From Gammaproteobacteria bacterium (GTDB lineage Bacteria > Pseudomonadota > Gammaproteobacteria > Ga0077536): a DNA stretch of 64,000 bases. Shown here piece by piece: positions 10,133-19,480 of this stretch. Under the pieces are notes generated by a model, which saw only the letters and a list, made by a program, of their open reading frames with translations, was not told the DNA's origin and made no database searches. Position numbers and translations under genes: made by a program. How positions within the stretch are numbered: the stretch's first letter is position 1; every line of letters starts with the position of its first letter. The stretch covers positions 640,001 to 704,000 of the forward strand of contig CAXXLL010000003.1 in assembly GCA_963662545.2 (NCBI GenBank), in the 5' to 3' direction.

Positions 10133-11335
10133 TCAGGGAATGCGCCGGATCAACGCACGTGCGATCAAGGGATGCGCGACGAGGGTGAAAATAACGACAC
10201 CATAGACCATCGACTGCACGGTATACCAGGCCTCGAATTCAAGCGGTAGCGACAAAGCCAGCGCAAGAACGATCGCCCCCTTCACCCCGCCGACAGTGAT
10301 CTGCGAGCGCTCGCCCAAGGAAAACTCATCGCCACGGCTCAAGATATTCATACCCGACAAGCCGCTGTTGACCGCCACCACCCGCGCCAGGCTTGCGGCA
10401 GCAACGGCGATCAACATAGCGAGCCAGTGATCGCGGAACATGAACGTAGTGACGGTCGCCCCCGCGATCACAAACAAAACGACGCGCGCGGACCACCCGA
10501 GCACATGTACGGTCGCACGTTCAGTCTCGTTTCCCCAACCGGGGTGGGAGATCGTCATCAAGGTCGCAATGAGTACCGCAATCGCGCCCGAGCCTTCAAC
10601 GAAATACTGGCACACGATGAACGCGCCGAACGCAATAGAAGCCGCAGCCAACGCACGGGCCGTACCGGCCGCGACCACACGGACCACGATCCAGCCGAGC
10701 CCACCCGCGATGAGACCGACGGCAATACCGCCGGCCGCCGACCACAAAAATATCCGGCCAGCCGTCAGGAAATCGATGTGCTTCACACCCATTAATGCGT
10801 CGTCGAGGAATACTGCGAACAAGGTGACAGCCAGCACGTCGCTGATCACGCTCTCTCCTTCGAGCAGCACGGTGCTCCGCTGATAACGTAGGTCAACGCC
10901 GGAAATGGCGATCACTTCGCCGGGATCGGTACCGACCAGCAGGGCCGCCGCAAGAAGCGCGGCGCTCAGGGGAAAACCGGCGGGATGGCCGACTGCGTAA
11001 TAGATCAACACAGCAGTTAGACCGGCCCCGGCTAAGAGCACCGGACCAGCCATCAACGCGATGACGCGCCACTCGCGCAGCAGTGCTGCGCGATTCAGCC
11101 GCGAGGCCGTATCGAAGATCAGAAACGGAATCAGTAGGTAGAAAACGAGGTCGTGGAAATTATACCAGCGCAATCCTGTGTCAATGCCGAGGTGTACCAG
11201 TGCCTCTGACGCAAGGAATCCGGCGATCATCAACATCAGATTCAAGGGCAGGCGGTAACGAGAAGCAAGCGGCTCGAGCAGTGCGCCCGCGATCAGCGCC
11301 GCAGTGAAGTAAAGACTGGCATCGAGCAGGGACAT
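10133..11335 (-). CDS. CPA1 family cation:proton antiporter (NhaP-like)
   Basis: Multi-TM protein; GTDP, EGESVISD, GGVKGAIVLALALSLP. Confidence 0.8.
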   Translation of the reverse strand: MSLLDASLYFTAALIAGALLEPLASRYRLPLNLMLMIAGFLASEALVHLGIDTGLRWYNFHDLVFYLLIPFLIFDTASRLNRAALLREWRVIALMAGPVLLAGAGLTAVLIYYAVGHPAGFPLSAALLAAALLVGTDPGEVIAISGVDLRYQRSTVLLEGESVISDVLAVTLFAVFLDDALMGVKHIDFLTAGRIFLWSAAGGIAVGLIAGGLGWIVVRVVAAGTARALAAASIAFGAFIVCQYFVEGSGAIAVLIATLMTISHPGWGNETERATVHVLGWSARVVLFVIAGATVTTFMFRDHWLAMLIAVAAASLARVVAVNSGLSGMNILSRGDEFSLGERSQITVGGVKGAIVLALALSLPLEFEAWYTVQSMVYGVVIFTLVAHPLIARALIRRIP

Positions 11336-11427
11336 CTTCGAACGAACCGGTCAAGGTAACGGCGTAATGTGCCGGCGCAGCGCCGGCCGACAACGCTAAT
11401 GCCCCGCCCGATTCCAGGTGCCGGAGA

Positions 11428-12072
11428 TCAATGCGGGGCGGGTATGCGGTACTTGCGGGCAATCCAGTAATCGACGCTCAGGTAGCGCCCGCCGCCAAGA
11501 AAAAAGAGCGCCATCAGCATGATGAAATAAGTCGCCGCCCATTCGATCCCGTTGTTCAACGACACCAGGCTGCCGTGCTCGGTGAGCCAATCGTAATTGC
11601 CGTGTTCCTCGAGGATGGATTTGGCGCGATGCAGACGGTCGATCGCAGCTTCGGCATTGGCCGAAGGATAGGGACTCTTGAGGTCGTGCAAGGCTTGCCA
11701 GCCATTGTCCAAATGAACCGTAGTCATCGCTATGATCATGGTGAACATGAGCGGGATGCAGGTCCAACGCACTGCGACGCCCAAGGCCAGCGCGATCGCG
11801 CCGAGATATTCCGCCGCCCAGGCCAAAATCGCCAGCAACATCGGGGCCGGAAGTCCCAGACCCCAGTCGGGATTGCCAAACCAGTTCGCGATGTCCTCAA
11901 GGCCTTTGACGGGATTGAATGTCCCGCCTTCGGCGAAGGGATCCCACTTGTTGCTGCCCGCCAGAAAGAATACCGGGACCAGGTAGATGCGCAGTAAAAT
12001 CGGTCCGACGAAATCGACGGAACGGACTAGATTGAGTAGATCCTGCGCCTTGTTCAGGCGATTGATCAGCAT
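11428..12072 (-). CDS. DoxX family membrane protein (HvfX-like, MNIO-cluster associated)
   Basis: LRIYLVPVF, WFGNPDWGLGLP, VHLDNGW, NNGIEWA, GGGRYLSVD. Confidence 0.85.
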   Translation of the reverse strand: MLINRLNKAQDLLNLVRSVDFVGPILLRIYLVPVFFLAGSNKWDPFAEGGTFNPVKGLEDIANWFGNPDWGLGLPAPMLLAILAWAAEYLGAIALALGVAVRWTCIPLMFTMIIAMTTVHLDNGWQALHDLKSPYPSANAEAAIDRLHRAKSILEEHGNYDWLTEHGSLVSLNNGIEWAATYFIMLMALFFLGGGRYLSVDYWIARKYRIPAPH

Positions 12073-12087
12073 ACCGATTGTTCCCTC

Positions 12088-13752
12088 CTAGCTCACTGCC
12101 GCACTGGGCTGGACGAGTTCGCCCAATCTCTCGTTCAGCAGCATGTTTTCACGGTAATCAACCGGCACGACGACCAGGCTCGGTCCGCCTTCCTCCAGCG
12201 CCTGCGCCATGACGCTGGAAAAATCCGCGCTGCGCTCTACGCGATGTCCGTTCCAGTCAAAGGCGCGCGCCAGGGCGAGCCAGTCCGGATTGCCGAATGA
12301 GAGATCCGTGTGCCTGCCGAACTGCGATTGCTGCTTCCACGCAATCAGACCGTATTCGCCGTCCTCCCATACGAGCATAACGATATTGGCATCGAGCCGC
12401 CGCGCGGTTTCCATTTCCTGCACGTTCATGAGGAATCCCGCGTCCCCCGCGATGCCGACGACGCGGCGATCGGGATGCACCAGACTCGCGGCGATGGCCC
12501 CGGGAAGCGCGAATCCCATCGAGCAGAAACCGTTGGGAATGAGGCAGGTGTTCGGTTCGTGGCAATGATAGTGGCGCGCGATCCACATCTTATGCGCACC
12601 CACGTCCGACAGCACGATAGCATCCGCTGCTAGCAGCGCCCGCAAGTCGTAAAGCATTTTCTGGGGACGGAGTGAGCCTTGAGTGTCATCGTCGGCGTGC
12701 AGGGCAAGTTCTTCGCCCATGCGCGTGCGAATGTCCGCCTGACCCGTGAGGTCGTAGTCAGGCAGGCCACGGCTCGCAACGCGTTCGTTCAGCATCCACA
12801 GCGTGTGCGCCAGATCGCCCACCAGTTCAACGTCGGGATTGTAATGCTGGTCGATCTCCGCCGGCAGGAAATCAGCATGAATGATCGACTTCTCGGCCTT
12901 CGGATTCCACAGGTGCGGGTGGTATTCGACCATGTCGAAACCCAAGGTGATGACGAGGTCGGCCGCGTCCACGGCGAGCGTCGGCAGATCCTTGGCGCCG
13001 AGGCCAATGGTATAGAGGCAGTAAGGCGCATCCATGTCGACCGCGCCCTTGGCCATGAAAGTCGAGAGCACGCCGATTCCGGTCGCCTCGCAAAAGATCC
13101 GCAGCTGCTTGGACGCCCGTTTTCGAATCGTCCCATTACCGGCGATGATCACGGGATTCTTCGCCGCACTCAGCATTTCGAAGGCGCGATCGACGATCTT
13201 ATCGTCCGGGCCCGGCCGTCGAAACCGCTTGGGCTGGATCGGGCGCTGGTCGGTATCGTGCTTGGCGATGTCTTCCGGCAATTCGATGAGCACGGCGCCG
13301 GGTTTCTCGGTCAGGGCGACGCGAACGGCCTTGCGCACGATCTCGGGAATGGTGTTGGCATTGGCAATCGTCGTCGCCCATTTGGTGGCTGGCGTGAACA
13401 TCTCGACTACGTCCATGATCTGGTGCGATTCCTTGTGCAGCCGCTCGGTCGAACCTTGTCCGGTCAACACCAGCAGCGGCGCTCGATCCATGTTGCCGTC
13501 GGCGACACCGGTGATGAGATTAGTGGCGCCGGGTCCGAGCGTGCCGAGACATCCCGAGACAGCGCCGGTCAGGCGACCGTAGACCTCGGCCATGAAGGCG
13601 GCCCCCTGCTCGTGACGCGTCAACACGAAACGAATGCGTTCCGAGCGTTCCAGCGACATCATGAAGTCGGCGTTTTCCTCGCCTGGTACGCCGAAGATGT
13701 ATTCGATGCCTTCCGCTTCAAGGCATTGGACCAGGAGATCGGATGCTTTCAA
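12088..13752 (-). CDS. Acetolactate synthase large subunit-like ThDP enzyme
   Basis: FGVPGEEN, RHEQGAAFMA, TLGPGATN, GDAGFLMN ThDP motif; no small subunit nearby. Confidence 0.9.
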   Translation of the reverse strand: MKASDLLVQCLEAEGIEYIFGVPGEENADFMMSLERSERIRFVLTRHEQGAAFMAEVYGRLTGAVSGCLGTLGPGATNLITGVADGNMDRAPLLVLTGQGSTERLHKESHQIMDVVEMFTPATKWATTIANANTIPEIVRKAVRVALTEKPGAVLIELPEDIAKHDTDQRPIQPKRFRRPGPDDKIVDRAFEMLSAAKNPVIIAGNGTIRKRASKQLRIFCEATGIGVLSTFMAKGAVDMDAPYCLYTIGLGAKDLPTLAVDAADLVITLGFDMVEYHPHLWNPKAEKSIIHADFLPAEIDQHYNPDVELVGDLAHTLWMLNERVASRGLPDYDLTGQADIRTRMGEELALHADDDTQGSLRPQKMLYDLRALLAADAIVLSDVGAHKMWIARHYHCHEPNTCLIPNGFCSMGFALPGAIAASLVHPDRRVVGIAGDAGFLMNVQEMETARRLDANIVMLVWEDGEYGLIAWKQQSQFGRHTDLSFGNPDWLALARAFDWNGHRVERSADFSSVMAQALEEGGPSLVVVPVDYRENMLLNERLGELVQPSAAVS

Positions 13753-15269
13753 GCGCGCTGCTCCTCTAAATCCAGCACCGCGAGTGATTTCACGTCGGGA
13801 TAGAGTTCGTTCAAAGGCACCGAACGACCCGTCGACTGCACGATGCGGCAGTGAAAACGCTTCAGCCGGCGTGGCTCCGTCACCCCGCAGGAATGCGCGA
13901 TGACGCCGAGTTCATGGTGCATATGTTCCGCATAGCGGCGTACGCGCTCTGCCTTGTCGCCCGGGTCCAGCCCGCGCTGCAGGCGTTTGTCGTGCGTGGT
14001 GACACCGGTGGGACAGGTATTTTTATTGCACTGGAGCGCCTGGATGCAACCCAATGCAAACATGAAACCGCGCGCCGATATGACGAAATCCGCACCCGTG
14101 CAGATCGCCCAGGCAACTTCCGTCGGATTGATGAGTTTGCCGCTGGCGACGATCTTGGTGCGATCGCGCAAGCCGTATTCCTTCAGTTTGTCGACCACCA
14201 TCGGCAGACTCTCGCGCAAGGGCAGGCCGACGTTGTCGATGAGGCTCATGGGTGCCGCGCCGGTGCCGCCGTCGCCGCCATCTACGGTAATGAAATCCGG
14301 GGCACTGGAAAAACCCCGCTCATGGATTTCCAAGAATAGTTTTTCGAGCCAGCCGTATGCACCGATGACCGTCTTGAAACCCGTCGGCTTGCCGGTCACG
14401 CGGCGGACGCGATCGATCATATCGAGTAGGTCGCTCTCACTGTTTATCTCCACATGGCGGTTGGGGCTGATCGATGCCTGGCCCTCGGGGATACCCCGGA
14501 TCGCGGCGATCTCGGCCGAGACCTTTTCTGCCGGCAGAATGCCGCCCTTACCAGGCTTCGCGCCCTGCGACAGCTTGATCTCGAACATGCGGACCTGATC
14601 GTGGGCGGCGATTTGGCGGAGCTTTTCGTCCGACAGGTTACCCGCCTCGTCGCGCACGCCGTACTTGGCCGTGCCGATCTGAAAGACAATATCGCCGCCA
14701 CCCTCGAGGTGAAACGACGACAGAGCGCCCTCGCCCGTGTTCATCCAAATCCCGGCCATGCGCGCGCCGTTGGACAGGGCCAGGACCGCCGGTCGCGAAA
14801 TCGCGCCGTAACTCATACCGGAAATGTTGAACACCGAGTTCGTTTTGTAAGGGTATTCACAATCTGCGCCGATCGTGACTTCGCGCGGCTGCGCGGCGTC
14901 CTCATCCAGCGTGGGGTAGGGACAGTTGACGAAAATGACCGTGCCGACCGGCCTTAGATCCCGCGTCGAACCGAATGCCACCGTGCTGTCCACGCCCTTC
15001 GCGGCGCGATAAACCCACGAACGCTCCGCGCGGTTGAAGGGCATCTCCTCGCGGTCCATCGCAAAAAAATACTGGCGAAAGAATTCCCCCAGACCTTCGA
15101 ACACGTAGCGCAATCGCCCCATCACGGGATAATTGCGCCGCACAGCCTGCTTGGTTTGCGTCACATCGATGATGTAGATGACGACCAGCGATACCAGGCC
15201 GAGACCGAGAAGAAAGATGAAGAGCGCGGCGAAACCGTCGATCACGGTCATGAATGCTGATGAGTTCAT
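13749..15269 (-). CDS. FMN-binding glutamate synthase family protein (stand-alone FMN domain)
   Basis: SGMSYGA, NTGEG, EIKLSQGAKPGKGG, CIQALQCNKNTCP 3Fe-4S motif, N-terminal TM; GGGAG RBS before ATG 15269. Confidence 0.9.
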   Translation of the reverse strand: MNSSAFMTVIDGFAALFIFLLGLGLVSLVVIYIIDVTQTKQAVRRNYPVMGRLRYVFEGLGEFFRQYFFAMDREEMPFNRAERSWVYRAAKGVDSTVAFGSTRDLRPVGTVIFVNCPYPTLDEDAAQPREVTIGADCEYPYKTNSVFNISGMSYGAISRPAVLALSNGARMAGIWMNTGEGALSSFHLEGGGDIVFQIGTAKYGVRDEAGNLSDEKLRQIAAHDQVRMFEIKLSQGAKPGKGGILPAEKVSAEIAAIRGIPEGQASISPNRHVEINSESDLLDMIDRVRRVTGKPTGFKTVIGAYGWLEKLFLEIHERGFSSAPDFITVDGGDGGTGAAPMSLIDNVGLPLRESLPMVVDKLKEYGLRDRTKIVASGKLINPTEVAWAICTGADFVISARGFMFALGCIQALQCNKNTCPTGVTTHDKRLQRGLDPGDKAERVRRYAEHMHHELGVIAHSCGVTEPRRLKRFHCRIVQSTGRSVPLNELYPDVKSLAVLDLEEQRA

Positions 15270-15299
15270 TGGCATCTCCCAATCAGGACAGGTATTTAG

Positions 15300-15437
15300 T
15301 ATCCATCCAGCAAGAATAATTCTCGCCAAGACGCAAAGATCGCAAAGTGATCAATGATTGTTATTAAAATTAGACCAACCGTTTTCTTGGCGTCTTTGCG
15401 CCTTTGCGAGAGAAATATTGCTGTTTATGGACGGATA
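15300..15437. repeat. Palindromic MITE-like element
   Basis: Terminal IR TATCCATCCA / TGGACGGATA; inner inverted arms of 3x CGC(A/C)AAG; flanked by TTAG and TTAA. Confidence 0.6.
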
Positions 15438-15441
15438 TTAA

Positions 15442-16215
15442 TTAGCGTCCCGCAAGCTTTCGGAATCCCAATACGATGTCTTTATCAACGAACATCTGCA
15501 GAATGGACCTGCCCCCCTCTATAACGGCGGCTGGATCCGGACGCTTGAGTTCCCCCGCGATCATCTCGAGCATCGCGCGTGAAGATTGGGGGCGGTCCGA
15601 AAGAATGAGATCCAACAGGCGCGCAGATACCGCATTTAACTCCATAAAGCTCACATCGTCCCGGCGGTCGCGAAACACGACGAGATAGGTCGGCTCGTCG
15701 GGAGGCGTCTGCGGTTGCTGGTCGGGGCTGATCCGGTGCACTGGAAACGCGTAAACCTGCGGTCGCACGACAAAATTGGGCACCGGACACCCGTCGAGTA
15801 AATCGGCTGATTCTTCGACTTGCGAATCGTCCAGTTCGCGCGTGTCAAGCGACACTTCGACCTCGAGCCATTCATAGTGCGCGAGTTCGCGCATGAAAGG
15901 CGGATCAAGCGGATCGTCCCGCTCGTCTGCCAGATACTGCAAGAATTCTTGGGGCATTCTCGGGAACAGGGCGGTGCGCGCCTGGTGCCGCGAGAAATAA
16001 TCCCGGATCATCGCGTGCCAAGGTTCGTCGGCAATGATGCTGCGCAGCACGGGGAAGGCATTCGACATGAAACCTTCGACATTCTTGTAGAGGAGTTCCC
16101 GGTAAATACCCAGGCGTCTATCCTCGACGTCCGAAGGTCCCGGACAGCGTTCCGGGTCGCGCATGTGCGCCGTGAACTGGTATTGCAGATCGAAGAACTG
16201 TGGCCTAGCCGGCAT
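15442..16215 (-). CDS. MNIO partner protein (DUF2063, HvfC-like)
   Basis: QFTAHMRDP, RLGIYRELLYKN, ELAHYEWLE; directly downstream of the DUF692 gene. Confidence 0.85.
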   Translation of the reverse strand: MPARPQFFDLQYQFTAHMRDPERCPGPSDVEDRRLGIYRELLYKNVEGFMSNAFPVLRSIIADEPWHAMIRDYFSRHQARTALFPRMPQEFLQYLADERDDPLDPPFMRELAHYEWLEVEVSLDTRELDDSQVEESADLLDGCPVPNFVVRPQVYAFPVHRISPDQQPQTPPDEPTYLVVFRDRRDDVSFMELNAVSARLLDLILSDRPQSSRAMLEMIAGELKRPDPAAVIEGGRSILQMFVDKDIVLGFRKLAGR

Positions 16216-16218
16216 TTT

Positions 16219-17070
16219 TCAACACCGTCGCGCTGCGGCCGAAGGGGCTCGAGCCGCCTCCTGCAGGTCACCGATACGATCGACTTCGAGCAGCAGCTCG
16301 TGCAGCGGCGGAAAGTTGAAATCGCGCTCCAATAAGGTCGGAAATACGCCGAAGTGATGGTAAGCCTCGCCGAGGAGTGTCCATACCGGATCGATGACGT
16401 CGGCACCATGGGTGTCGACGATCAGATCCTCGGCTTCATTGTAATGGCCGGCTGTGTGGCCATAGGCGATGCGCTCCGCCGGTAAGGCCTTTAGAAACGC
16501 CCTCGCGTCGTATCGATGGTTAACGCTGTTGACATAGATATTGTTGATGTCGAGCAGAAGCTCACAGTCGGCGCGTTCGAGCACCGCGGTGATGAACTCG
16601 ATCTCGGTCATTTCCGCGCCGGGCGCGCAATAGTACGAGACGTTTTCGATGGCCAGGCGGCGGCCGAGGATCTCCTGTGTGCGCTCGATCCGCTCGGCCA
16701 CGTATGCGACCGCTTCCTCGGTGAACGGGATCGGCATCAGATCGTAGAGATGGCCATCGTCCGCACAGTAGCTCAGGTGCTCGCTGTAGCAACGCACGCC
16801 GTGCTCGTCGAGAAATTGTTTGACCCGCTTGATGAACGGTTCATCGAGCGGCGCGGGCCCGCCGATGTTCAGTGACAGCCCGTGGCAGACGAAGGGTGCG
16901 CGTTCGGTAAACTGCCGGAAGCGCCGGCCCTGATGTCCGCCGATATCGATCCAGTTTTCGGGCGCGACCTCGAAAAAATCGATATCAGCGCCAGGGTGAT
17001 CTTCCAGCGGGCGCATCAGCGCCCGCCGGAGACCCAGTCCTTTACCTTCGACAGCGAAGGTAGGAGACAT
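16219..17070 (-). CDS. Multinuclear non-heme iron oxidase (DUF692/MNIO, HvfB-like)
   Basis: GLGLRR, EVAPENW, HGLSL, SEHLSY, IENVSYY, LDINNIYVN, HTAGH, DTHG, LERDFN. Confidence 0.95.
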   Translation of the reverse strand: MSPTFAVEGKGLGLRRALMRPLEDHPGADIDFFEVAPENWIDIGGHQGRRFRQFTERAPFVCHGLSLNIGGPAPLDEPFIKRVKQFLDEHGVRCYSEHLSYCADDGHLYDLMPIPFTEEAVAYVAERIERTQEILGRRLAIENVSYYCAPGAEMTEIEFITAVLERADCELLLDINNIYVNSVNHRYDARAFLKALPAERIAYGHTAGHYNEAEDLIVDTHGADVIDPVWTLLGEAYHHFGVFPTLLERDFNFPPLHELLLEVDRIGDLQEAARAPSAAARRC

Positions 17071-17095
17071 TGATGTGTCTCAAATCAAGCCGCGC

Positions 17096-17485
17096 TCAAC
17101 CGCCGCACTTGCCTTCGCCACATTTGCCTTCCTTCTCCATGGCTTTGTCTTTCTTCTCCATGGCCTTGCCTTCGCCACACTTGCCTTCCTTCTCCATGGC
17201 CTTGTGTTCTTTCTCCATGGCTTTACCTTCGCCCTCCATGGTCTTGCCCTCGCCGCACTTGCCTTCACCGCATTTACCTTCCTTCTCCTTAGCGGCCTTG
17301 CCTTCGCCGCATTTACCTTCACCGCACTTACCTTCGGCGCTGTCGGCAACCATATAACCGCTGGTGAATGCGGTCGCTGAAAAAGGATTGTCATTTGCAT
17401 TTGCCAGCGGGGACGCCGCCAAGGTGACCGCGAAGGTGGCGCCAAGCGCTGCAGCGATTGGCTTGAGGTGGTAATTTTTACCCAT
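17096..17485 (-). CDS. Secreted RiPP precursor with EGKCG repeats (HvfA/oxazolin-type)
   Basis: Sec signal ending in ANA, then NPF; 7 EGKCG repeats; CAGGAG RBS before ATG 17485. Confidence 0.92.
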   Translation of the reverse strand: MGKNYHLKPIAAALGATFAVTLAASPLANANDNPFSATAFTSGYMVADSAEGKCGEGKCGEGKAAKEKEGKCGEGKCGEGKTMEGEGKAMEKEHKAMEKEGKCGEGKAMEKKDKAMEKEGKCGEGKCGG

Positions 17486-17615
17486 CAGAATTGTCTCCTG
17501 ATAATAACGTTGTCTAGACATACCCTTCGCGGGTAGCGAAGTGGTTATTGGAATTTGTCCGGCGCGGCTGCCTTAGCCGCCGCTTTTACAGACGCACTCC
17601 CAAAGCTCCCCAAAA

Positions 17616-17643
17616 TAGACCGGCCGAATTTGCTTTAGTTTCC
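17616..17643 (-). promoter_or_regulatory. Candidate ECF sigma factor promoter for the RiPP operon
   Basis: Minus strand GGAAACT-N16-GTCTA resembles the ECF AAC/GTC consensus. Confidence 0.5.
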
Positions 17644-17788
17644 ATTCGCAACGGAATTATTCTCGAAAACGGGGATCCTCGTCCATGCACCAGGCGCGAT
17701 CGTGCCTATGGGGCCACCCACCGACGGCTCAGGTCCGGCCCGCAGATCGGCGCGCTCGCCGCTAACGGTAGCGAGAAATTGGGCCGAA

Positions 17789-17951
17789 AGAACCTCTGAA
17801 TAAGTCATGGTGCGTCTGAATGGTTCATGCAAATGGTGCAGATCAAGGCACCAATCGCAGGCCATAGCGGGGATTAGGGCTAAGGTTCGTCGGTTAAGGC
17901 TCCGCGATTTCATGGGCCAGGCAAATGGGTCGTGATTTATTCAGAGGTTCG
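17789..17951 (+). mobile_element. MITE copy 1 (~162 bp)
   Basis: TIRs GAACCTCTGAATAAGTCATG / CGTGATTTATTCAGAGGTTC; homologous to 38185-38346 and 46160-46321. Confidence 0.85.
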
Positions 17952-19457
17952 CTAAGGCTCACGACGCGGCCGCATGTGCGGGAACAACAGTACGTCGCGA
18001 ATCGAGGCCGCGTCCGTCAGCAACATGACCAAGCGATCGATGCCAATACCCTCCCCCGCGGCGGGCGGCATGCCATGCTCGAGCGCACGGATGTAGTCGT
18101 CGTCGAAGTGCATGGCCTTGGCATCGCCGCTATCCCGTGCCACGACCTGCTCCCGAAAGCGCTCTGCCTGGTCATCGGGGTCGTTGAGTTCGGAAAAGCC
18201 ATTGGCGATTTCGCGCCCGGCGACGAAGAATTCGAATCGATCGGTAATAAACGGATCGCGATCGCTGCGCCGGGCCAGCGGCGAAACTTCGGCTGGATAT
18301 TCGGTGATGAAAATCGGACCTTTGAGTTTCGGCTCGACCGTTTTCTCGAAAATCTCGATCTGTATCTTACCGAGGCCGTACGACGACTCCAGTGGGATTC
18401 CATGGCGCTCGGCGAGCGCTCTGGCGCGTGCAGGATCTTCAAGTTCCCCCACTTCGACGTCTTCATTGAATGCGAGTATCGACTCGATGACGGTCATTTT
18501 TTCGAAGGGCTTGCCAAAGTCGTAGGTCTCCCCCTGGTATTCAATACGCGTCGTCGCTAATACCTCCGCCGCCACTTCGCGCAGCATCGTCTCGGTCAGA
18601 TCCATGAAATCTTCGTAGTCGGCATAGGCCTCGTAGAATTCGAGCATGGTGAATTCCGGGTTGTGTCGCGTCGACAATCCCTCATTGCGAAAACTTCGAT
18701 TGATTTCGAACACCTTTTCCATGCCGCCGACGACCAGGCGTTTGAGATAGAGCTCCGGCGCGACCCGCAGGAAAAGCGACATATCGAGGCTGTTGTGATG
18801 CGTGACGAAAGGACGCGCCACCGCGCCTCCTGGAATGACCTGCATCATCGGCGTCTCGACTTCGAGGAAACCGCGTTGATTCAGGAATCGCCGAATGCAG
18901 TCAATGATGGCGGAGCGCGTTTGGAATACCTGGCGCGTCTCGTCGCTCATGATCAAATCGAGGTAACGCTGGCGGTAGCGCGTCTCGAGATCCGTCAGTC
19001 CATGCCATTTTTCGGGCAAAGGACGCAGCGCCTTGGTGATCAGGTGAATCTCGTCGGCTAGGATCGAAAGTTCACCCTTTTGAGTGCGGAACATAAGGCC
19101 GCAAGCACCGATGATGTCACCCAGATCCCACTTCTTGAATTCCGCGTACACGGACTCCGTCAAGGAATCGAGCTTGACGTACAACTGGATCTGCCCGCTC
19201 ATGTCCTTGATGTGCGCAAACGAAGCCTTGCCCATCACGCGCTGGGTCATCATGCGCCCCGCAACACGCACGCGAACAGGCTCCGCTTCGAGTTCCTCCG
19301 CGCTGCTATCGGCGAAGCGCGCGGATAGATCGCCCGCGAGCGAATCGCGCCGAAAGTCGTTGGGGTAAGCCTTGCCCATCTCGCGCAGTTGCTGGAGCTT
19401 TGCGCGGCGTTGCGCGATAAGCTGGGCTTCGGTCTTGTGTTCGTCCTTCTTCGGCAT
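17952..19457 (-). CDS. lysS: Lysine--tRNA ligase
   Basis: [37 protein letters not shown]. Confidence 0.98.
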   Translation of the reverse strand: MPKKDEHKTEAQLIAQRRAKLQQLREMGKAYPNDFRRDSLAGDLSARFADSSAEELEAEPVRVRVAGRMMTQRVMGKASFAHIKDMSGQIQLYVKLDSLTESVYAEFKKWDLGDIIGACGLMFRTQKGELSILADEIHLITKALRPLPEKWHGLTDLETRYRQRYLDLIMSDETRQVFQTRSAIIDCIRRFLNQRGFLEVETPMMQVIPGGAVARPFVTHHNSLDMSLFLRVAPELYLKRLVVGGMEKVFEINRSFRNEGLSTRHNPEFTMLEFYEAYADYEDFMDLTETMLREVAAEVLATTRIEYQGETYDFGKPFEKMTVIESILAFNEDVEVGELEDPARARALAERHGIPLESSYGLGKIQIEIFEKTVEPKLKGPIFITEYPAEVSPLARRSDRDPFITDRFEFFVAGREIANGFSELNDPDDQAERFREQVVARDSGDAKAMHFDDDYIRALEHGMPPAAGEGIGIDRLVMLLTDAASIRDVLLFPHMRPRREP

Positions 19458-19480
19458 GCGGATGATCGATCGCTGTTTAT

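Noticed and set aside
17100-17340. Tandem repeats resembling a CRISPR array or VNTR
   Set aside because: They are in-frame coding repeats of the EGKCG precursor, with no unique spacers and no cas genes.
17520-17546. Palindrome loosely like a CueR box upstream of the RiPP precursor
   Set aside because: No overlapping TTGAC -35 or 19-bp spacer geometry; better explained as a leader hairpin.
17635-17913. 92-aa ORF upstream of the precursor
   Set aside because: It starts inside MITE copy 1 and has no protein-like features.
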